A stretch of 62,245 bases of DNA, filler included, from Pirum gemmata (Eukaryota), in NCBI GenBank assembly GCA_002812295.1. It is 11 parts of 11 records of this genome, joined end to end, with 100 filler letters (N's around TTAATTAATTAA, not from the genome) between each part and the next. Parts side by side here need not be neighbours in the genome. Positions count along the whole stretch, not along the records: positions 51,799 to 56,979 come from PDIN01000665.1; positions 57,080 to 62,245 come from PDIN01000666.1; 9 more parts are not named here. The stretch is one strand, 5' to 3'. This document shows positions 53,890 through 62,245 of this stretch, piece after piece (the stretch's first letter is position 1; the number at the start of each line of letters is the position of its first letter). A program made the position numbers and the translations under genes. The notes beneath the pieces are model-generated. The model searched no databases, had not been told where the DNA came from, and saw only the letters and a program-made list of their open reading frames with translations.

Positions 53890-55500
53890 TTAAGAACAAC
53901 TGCAATAACTAACGGCTTCAACAACAACGCCAACAGTAAGTTCTACCAACTAGTTAATAACAACGTCAACAGTAACTTCTAACAACAACTTAACAAACAA
54001 CTTTTATTAAACAACTTTTAAACAACTTAAACAACAACTTAAATAACAACTTAAATAACAACTTAAATAACAACTTAAACAACAACTTAAACAACAACTT
54101 AAACAACAACTTAAACAACAATAATACCCGAACATCCTTGCCAGTGAGTAGAGTGAGCAACCTTTTTAAATAACCTAACAACAACTTCTAACATCTACTT
54201 AAATAACAACTTAAAAACAACTTAAAACAACAGCTTAAACTACAACTTAAACAACAATACCTGGACATATCTTTTCCAGAAAATATCATCCCTTTTTTAT
54301 TACTGAAAATTCAGTTAGAGTGTGCAAGGTTTTTTTAAAATAAACTAACAACTTCTAACAATAACTTCTAACTACCTAAACAACAACTTAAAACAACAAC
54401 TTAAAACAAACAACTTAAAACAAAAACTTAGGCAACAACAATACCCGAATACTGAAAATGCAGTTAGAGAGAACAACAGTTAGAGAGAACAACTTGTTAA
54501 AAAATAAACTAACAACAACTTAAGCTTTTTACAACTACTTAAAACAACTACACAACCAACAACTTAAAACAACAACTTAAAACAACAACTTAAACAAAAA
54601 ACAATATTAATACCCGAACATCTTTGCCAGCGAAAATATCAATGCAGTACTAGTTAAAGTGAATAACCTTTTTAAAAACAAACTAACAACAACTTCTAAC
54701 AACAACTTAAACAACTACTACTTGAAACAGCAAATTAAACAACAACTTAAACAACAACTTTTAAACAATACCCAAACATCTGTGAAATTATCATCCCTTT
54801 TTTATAATGTGGCAATTACTGAAAATACAGTCCGAGGGAATAACTTTTTTTAAAAAATAAACTAACAACTTCTAACAATTAATTACAATAACAACTTCAA
54901 CAACAACTTACACAAAAACAATACCCGAACATATTTGTCAGCGAAATTATCATTGATATCCCTTTAAATTTTGTATAATATGTCAATTGCTAAAAATGTA
55001 GTTCGAGTGAACAATCTTTTTGTAATAACCTTAAAACAACAACTTAAAACAACAACTTAAAACAAAAACTTAAGACAACAACTTAAAACAGAAACTTACA
55101 ACAGCTACTTAAATAACAACTTAAACAACAACAATACCTTTTCCAGTGAAATTATCACCCCTTTTGTATAATATATCAATTACTGAAAATGCAGTTCGAG
55201 TGAACAACCTTTTTAAATAGACTAACAACAATTTCTAACAACTTCTAACAACTACTTAAACAATAAAAGAAACTTCTAACCACTACTTAAATAACAACTT
55301 AAAACAACAACGTAAACATTAACAAACAAAAACTTAAATAACAACTTAAACAACAGCTTGAACAACAACTTTAACAGCAACAATACCCGAACAATCGATC
55401 ATATCAATTACTGAAAATTAAATTAAGAGCGAACAACATTTTTTTTTTTATAAAAGTAAATTAACAACTTAACCAACTTACACGACAACTTAAACAACAA
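53890..55500. repeat. Degenerate tandem satellite with ACAACTTAAA sub-repeats
   Basis: Recurrent AATACCCGAACATC...CCAG.GAAA.TATC...TACTGAAAAT.CAGTT.GAGTGAACAACC units. Confidence 0.85.
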
Positions 55501-55627
55501 TCATGTTAATTATTAAAATTGATTCGTGAGTGTATACTTTTTTATTTATAAATTATATTATTAACTTCTTCTACAATCGTTTTATTTATTTATTATTATT
55601 ATTATTAGAAAAAAAAACTAAAAAGAA

Positions 55628-55664
<37 letters not shown>

Positions 55665-55748
55665 AATACACATATTTTATTTACCAACACACGTACCAAA
55701 ACCAAGCAAACACTAATGTACACCCAAAAATCTAAACAAAAACTAAGC

Positions 55749-55890
55749 AAGCATGTGCGCACAACCAAGCGAACACGGGAAAAACACTAAGCGTGTACGC
55801 ACAACCAAGCGAACACGGGAAAAACACTAAGCATGTACGCACAACAAGCGAACACGGGAAAAATACTAAGCATGTCCCCACAACCAAGCA
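55749..55890. repeat. About 40-bp minisatellite x3.5
   Basis: AAGCATGTACGCACAACCAAGCGAACACGGGAAAAACACT contiguous units. Confidence 0.9.
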
Positions 55891-56394
55891 GTGCACAAAA
55901 TTCACGAAAATTCACTAAATCCCAACACCAAAACCAACTAAAAAGCCAAAACCTGCACCAAAACTAATTAAAAACCCAAACCTACACTAAAATTAACTGA
56001 AACCCAAGCACGCACCAATACCCAAGCGCCCACCAAAATACAATAAAGCACGTACTAAACTACAATACAACCACTCTAAACTAAACTTTATGACCGTTTT
56101 GAAGTCAAACTTTCTAAATTAATTATTTCATAGTAATCACTAAATTGACAATCATATAATATAATAACACTACGTTGTTATTACTAAAAATGAAAAACAT
56201 AAAACAAACTAATAAAATATCTTTAAACTAATTTATAACATAGGGATTTAACTATAAATCTAATACGGATGACGTCATATTATTTTTTTGAACCTCGGTA
56301 GAAGCAGATAAAACTAGCGCTACCCTAAGGATCTATAATTTTATAAAACAAATAACGGATTAAAGTAATCCAGCCATTATAAATATTATATAAA

Positions 56395-56927
56395 TATTAG
56401 TGTGACGTCAACTTTGAGTCCCTTAAAATTTTATAAAATAGGTAACGGATTAAAGTCATAGGTAATTAAGAATAAAAGCCAATGAAAATAAAGAGTTAAA
56501 CTTCAATCCAGCCAATATATATTATATAAAAATTAGTGTGACGTCAACTTTGAGTCCCTTAAAATTTTATAAAATAAATAACGGATTAAAGTAATAGGCA
56601 ATTAAGAATAAAACCAAAAAAAACAAAAGAGTTAAACTTCAATCCAGCCAATATATATATATATATATATTATAAATATTAGTGTGACGCCAACTTTGAG
56701 TCCTTTAAAATTTTTTAAAAAAATAACGGATTAAAGTAATAGGCAATTAAAAATAAAGAGTTAAACTTCAATCCAGCCAATATATATATATATATATATT
56801 ATATGAATATTGGTGTGACGTCAACGTTGAGTCCCTTAAAATTTTATAAAAAAATAACGGATTTAAGTAATAGGCAATTAAGAATAATAGCCAACAAAAA
56901 TAAAGAGTTAAACTTCAATCCATCCAA
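56395..56927. repeat. About 130-150-bp tandem repeat x4
   Basis: TGTGACGTCAACTTTGAGTCCCTTAAAATTTT...AGAGTTAAACTTCAATCCAGCCAAT units. Confidence 0.9.
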
Positions 56928-57319
56928 TTATTGTTATTATTATTATTATTACTATTACTATTATTATTATTATTATTATNNNNNNNNNNNNNNNNNNNNN
57001 NNNNNNNNNNNNNNNNNNNNNNNTTAATTAATTAANNNNNNNNNNNNNNNNNNNNNNNNNNNNNNNNNNNNNNNNNNNNGACAAACAGACAAACAGACAA
57101 ACAGACAAACAGACAAACAGACAAACAGACAAACAGACAAACAGACAAACAGACAAACATACAAACATACAAACATACAAACAGATAAATAGACAAACGG
57201 ATAAACGGATAAAAGAACAAAAAAACAAAGTGACAAAAGGACAAAAGAACAACTGAATAAAGGGACAATAGAAACAAAAGGACAAAAAGTGTATGTATTT
57301 CGAACAAAGTAAAACATAC

Positions 57320-60300
57320 ATTGGCCCACTTCACAAGCGTGTGCGGATCATCTGGGTTGATGTTATTCGCTTCTTCGAAGCACACCAATGCTTCAGCAAT
57401 GCTGCCACTAAGGTGAAGTAGTGTTGCTAAAACAAAATATTAAAAAAAATCAGAACACGGTTATAAAACTAACTTAACAAAACAACAATAATATCAAACT
57501 TCAAAATAGGGATAGAAGAAAGACCAAGTTATTATATTGTATATCGAGAACAACGAAACGTAATGCTATGACAACACCATGATAATAAAAAAAAGAATCG
57601 GTTTTAGAATAACGAAATCAAAAAGTTTCGAGAGAACAGAATATTATACCTTTATCTACTTTAGCTAAAAAGTGATTTGGTTCCTCTTCTAGGATTTCGT
57701 TAAAAATTTGTAAAGCTTCTTTGAACTTGTCTTCATTGACCAATCTATAGTGAAAATGAAAATGAAAAACAATTAAGTAACAGTAAAAGATAATAAAAAC
57801 AAATAATCACAATCACAGTAATAACAGTAATGATATTAGTGAACAAAAAAATATAATAAAAAAAACATACTTTTGACCAAGAGTATACTTTGCAGTTTTG
57901 TCGTGCTCCATTCTTTGTTTTATTTCCTCAATGGACTCTGTAATTGGTGAACGTGCAAAAGTATCCAAATACGACCTTAGAATTAAAGCAGCCGGAAACT
58001 GACCAACTTTTTCCTAAGATTATTAATATTTTTATTAAAATGTAAATATTTAATGTACCAAACCTTTACGAAACAAGTACATAGTAAAAGTACAGAAAAC
58101 AATGATATACAAACGCACAAACGTATCAAAAGAGACTGACTCGCAACTATACAAGGAGGAGGGTGGGGTATTTATACAAGCACTGAATCTTACCGCAATG
58201 GCAATTTTGGCCTTCTTCGCGGCAATCTTTTGCAAAAGTTTTTCAATAGCAGCCATTCCTTCTTCTTGTTGTTTAGTCACATTCTCAGGTCTAGGGTTTG
58301 CTGGCATAGCCAATTTCATCATATACATATAATCTTTATAAACAAGAAACTTAACATGAGTATTGTGAATGATCACAATTTACAATATTCAAAATTACCC
58401 GAGGATATAGGAACATACCATAATGCAAATAAGAAATTCCACCACACTGAAATACCAAAGAAGAAAAATGATAAAAATGGGATTCAAGTACAACATCCGC
58501 AGTCATACGAAAAAAGGGTACACCAACATAAAACAAGAACACAAAAATTGTGAGAAAAGCACACGAAAGCAATAAAACAACAACATAACAAAATACACAA
58601 TAGAATATATAATACAGAACATACCGATTTAACAAGACGTAATGATAACACCATATAAACAATATATACACACAACAAACACACACAACAAATACACACA
58701 ACAAACACACGCAACAGCACGAAACCAACCATGCATACAACCATGCATACAACCATACACACACAATCATATATATACACACAACTATGCACACACATCA
58801 ATACACATACAACAATACACATACAACAATACACATACAACAATACACACACAATAATACACACACAGCAATACACCTACCACAATTTACACAGCAGTAC
58901 AAGGCAACAACACACAATAATAAACACACAGCAATAGACACACAGTAATAGACACACAGCAATAAACACACAACAATACACACAACAATACACACACAAC
59001 ACTACACACACAGCACTACACACACAACAATACACACACAGCACTACACACACAACACTACACACACAATACTACACATACAACAACACACATACAACAA
59101 TATACACACAACAATACATGGTGGTAGTGGTACAAAAAATGTGTGCCTATACATACCATCAATGGCAAGTTCCAATTTTCCTTGTTCTTCGTAAGCCCCA
59201 GCCCTTCTCTGTAAAGCTTTGATATATTTTGAATCGTACTCCAACGCTTCAGTGCAATCAGCGATCCCACTGTCGAAATTATTCTATAAAAAGCGAGGAT
59301 AAAATTATATGATAATAGTTAACGTCCGAATAAATAAAAAGACTAAGTAGAAAAAGGAAGAAAAACAAAAAACACAAAAACCAAAAATCAGAGTAGGACG
59401 TACTAATTTAATATTGCAATACGCTCTATTCCCATAGCATTTTGCAATGTTATCTTTTTCAGTTTTGGGGGAAGCTTCTATAGCTTGGGTATATAATTCA
59501 ATAGCTTCTTCGTATTCTTGCAATCCGAACTTTTTGTTTCCTTGTTGTCTAAGGACTTCAGATTTCTTCTTTAGATCTTGCAACTGTGTGATAAAAAACA
59601 AATAATTTTAAGATAATAAAAATAAGAAGAACAGCAAAGGACAATAAACTTGACAATTTATGAATGCAAAACAATAATAGTGCTAGTAAAAACTAACCAC
59701 TAAATATTTTGCATAGTGTGTATGTTTGAAAATAATCAAGTATATAAAATACCTCTGAATCAACCTTGGCTGATGCTGCTTCTTTGCTCTTTTTACTTTC
59801 TAAAATAAAAGGAAAGAGTGCAAGTGGTGATGACGGATAAACAATTAGAAATATCATTTTATAAAAAAAAATTCAAGTTTTTAAATGGAATATTAATCAA
59901 AATACATATTAATAATATAAAAAGAATAGACATGTATATAAGCATAATAACTTAATAAACATAACAAATATAATAATAAGCATAATAGGTATAATAAGCA
60001 TAATGAGCACAATAAGCATAATAAGCATGATAAGTTTATTCCAATAAGCATAATAAACAAAACACACACAAAAAACAGTTAGTATAATACGCAGAACATG
60101 TATAAGAAGAATAAGAAGAATAAGAAGAATAAGAAGAATAAGCGGAATAAGCGGAATAAGCGGAAAAAGCGGAATAAACATGATAAGCATAATTATAATA
60201 AGAAAAATAAGAATATACTCAACAATCGCGAGTGGTGATGACGGATAAACAATTAGAAATATCATTAAAAAAAAGTCAAGTTTTTTTATATTAAAAATGG

Positions 60301-60941
60301 AATATTAATCAAAATACATATTAATAATATAGAAAAAATAGACATGAGTATAAACATAATAAGCATAATGAACTTAATAAACATAACAAATATAACAAAA
60401 GGCATGATAAGCGTAATAAGAATGGTAAGCATAATAAGCATGATAAGCATAATAAGAATAATAAGCATAATAAGAATAATAAGCATAATAAGAATAATAA
60501 GCATAATAAGCATAATAAGCATAATAAGCATAATAAGCATAATATGGTTATTCTAATAAGCATAATAAACAAAATACACACAAAAAAAACAGTTAGTATA
60601 ATATGCAGAACAAGTATAATAAGCAGAATAAGAAAAATAAGAAGAATAAGCAGAATAAGAAGAATAAGCAGCATAAGCATAATAAGCATAACAATAAGAA
60701 GAACAATAAGAATATACTCAACAATCGTGAGCAAAAAAAAAGCATAATGAGCATAAGATACAAGACAAGGATAATACAATAAAAATACAATAAGGTATAC
60801 AGAAAACGGTTTTACAAACATACTTGGTTTTTTTTTTTTTTTTTCTTCGGGTAATGGTGTACCACTAGAGTTAGATTGGTATAAGTAGAATGCCACAGCG
60901 GCGACGGTAATCAGCCCCAGGGCAACTAAAGGCTTATTCAT
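57320..60941 (-). CDS. TOM70: Mitochondrial import receptor TOM70, first 8 exons (3' part lost at the contig end)
   Basis: Exons 60941-60824, 59799-59753, 59583-59404, 59283-59157, 58333-58194, 58013-57871, 57744-57650 and 57426-57320, all GT-AG and in phase. N-terminal signal anchor plus Lys run; clamp TPRs (QGNKKF..YEEAIELYTQAI..YGNRAYC; DCTEALEYDSKYIKALQRRA); FPAALILRSYLDTF. Confidence 0.85.
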
Positions 60942-61608
60942 ATTGAAGATTTTGGTTACAAATATGTAAGGGCACTAATTACATTAATATATCATAAATA
61001 AACTTAAAGTTATCTTTTAAATAATACTTAAATAATCCAATTTACAAAAAAACAATCCCTTTTTTATTATTATGCATATAATTATAAATTATTGGATCTC
61101 TATCTATTTCATAATCATAACATGAATTGATATAATTATTAACAACTTTTTTTTTTTTTTTTTTTTTTTTTTTACGACGTGTTTTGGACAGCCCATAGGA
61201 TGTCCCAGTAGTAGCGACCGGCACCTGATTTTTAATACACTCTGATTACCTACTAGTAGTAGCAAGCTAGCTAGCTAGTAGACAAAAAAAATAAAAAAAG
61301 ACTCACAGCACTCTCACAGCTGAGACTACACTCTATCAATAACTACTATGATACTAGCTAGCTAGCTCAGCTAGCTAGCTAGCTATGATAATAACAAAAA
61401 GGCCAAACCATGTGACTGGGAGAACTCGAGTTAGGGTGCACATCTATTCACGTACGTCACTTTATGAAAATCCTGATGAAAATGTGATCTTTTTTTTTTT
61501 TTTTCTGGTATGACCATACTATAGTAGTACTATAGTCTAATAAATAAGCCTAGCTAGAGAGCTAGCTAGCTAGCTGCCTAAGGCTGCCTAAGGTATGAAA
61601 ATCTTGAC

Positions 61609-61999
61609 CAGTGATGTCAAGGTCCGTCGGACAAAGCACTTTTTCAATGTCTGCCCGACGTCATATCGATTTTTTTCGATAAATATCGAAGTTCTCAAAC
61701 CAAACATCGATTTTTTTTCGATATATATCGAAATTTTAAAAACGCCAATCGATATAGATTCGATATTGAAAAAATTGATATTTTTCGTAAACAAGTCGAT
61801 GATATTATATCGATACCAAACACAGTTAGGGTTAGGGTTAGGGAAAAAATCCCCTATTAAAATTCACGAAATATTGGGACCCGAAAGCAAAGTTTTTCGG
61901 GGCCCGACTTTTTATTTATCGGACCGGAACGGACATGTCCGACGAAGGATCGGACCGGGCCAACTCGGACCAGAAGGAAGGTCGGACCTGACACCTCTG
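61609..61999. mobile_element. hAT-like non-autonomous element with an 8-bp TSD
   Basis: Imperfect TIR CAGTGATGTCAAGGTCCG versus CAGAGGTGTCAGGTCCG; flanks ATCTTGAC / GTCTTGAC (7 of 8 match); subterminal TCGGAC repeats. Confidence 0.8.
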
Positions 62000-62111
62000 G
62001 TCTTGACCAGTCTTCTTGACCCTATGTATAGTGTATAGTCTACGTACCAGGTATGCGTACTACTACTACTAAGTATCGATAGTCTAGTATCGATAGTAAG
62101 TACTAACCACT

Positions 62112-62163
62112 AGTTTAGTTTAGTTTAGTTTAGTTTAGTTTAGTTTAGTTTAGTTTAGTTTAG

Positions 62164-62194
<31 letters not shown>

Positions 62195-62245
62195 TTATTT
62201 TATTTTATTTTATTTTATTTTATTTTATTTTATTTTATCTTATTT
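62112..62245. repeat. (TTTAG)n changing to (TTTTA)n
   Basis: Read directly. Confidence 0.9.

Noticed and set aside
61595..62038. 147-aa ORF
   Set aside because: It overlaps a non-autonomous TIR element and a telomeric insert, and has no transposase motifs.

Overview
This is AT-rich eukaryotic DNA (GT-AG introns, standard code, TTAGGG-type repeats) and not one continuous locus. Ten artificial 100-nt linkers (N44-TTAATTAATTAA-N44) join 11 unrelated contigs, mostly ~5.1-5.2 kb, so adjacency across linkers is meaningless. A unicellular opisthokont or other protist is plausible, but that is inference only. Recognisable genes: a 7-exon secreted StcE/TagA-like M66 zinc metalloprotease (25945-30131); an intronless secreted His1 copper monooxygenase resembling oomycete AA17 LPMOs, with extra Cys-rich and beta/gamma-crystallin-like modules (34652-35752); partial N6AMT1/HEMK2; partial TOM70 (8 exons); a TULIP-like secreted protein; a 774-aa secreted orphan; Sel1-repeat relics; and several low-complexity exons. 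Mobile DNA: a decayed Penelope-like retroelement with a 5' fold-back lying between telomere-type arrays, and several short non-autonomous elements, some with clear TIRs and TSDs. The remainder is microsatellite, minisatellite, interstitial telomeric repeat and CTAG-rich filler. Family assignments come from motif recognition by eye; no searches were run.
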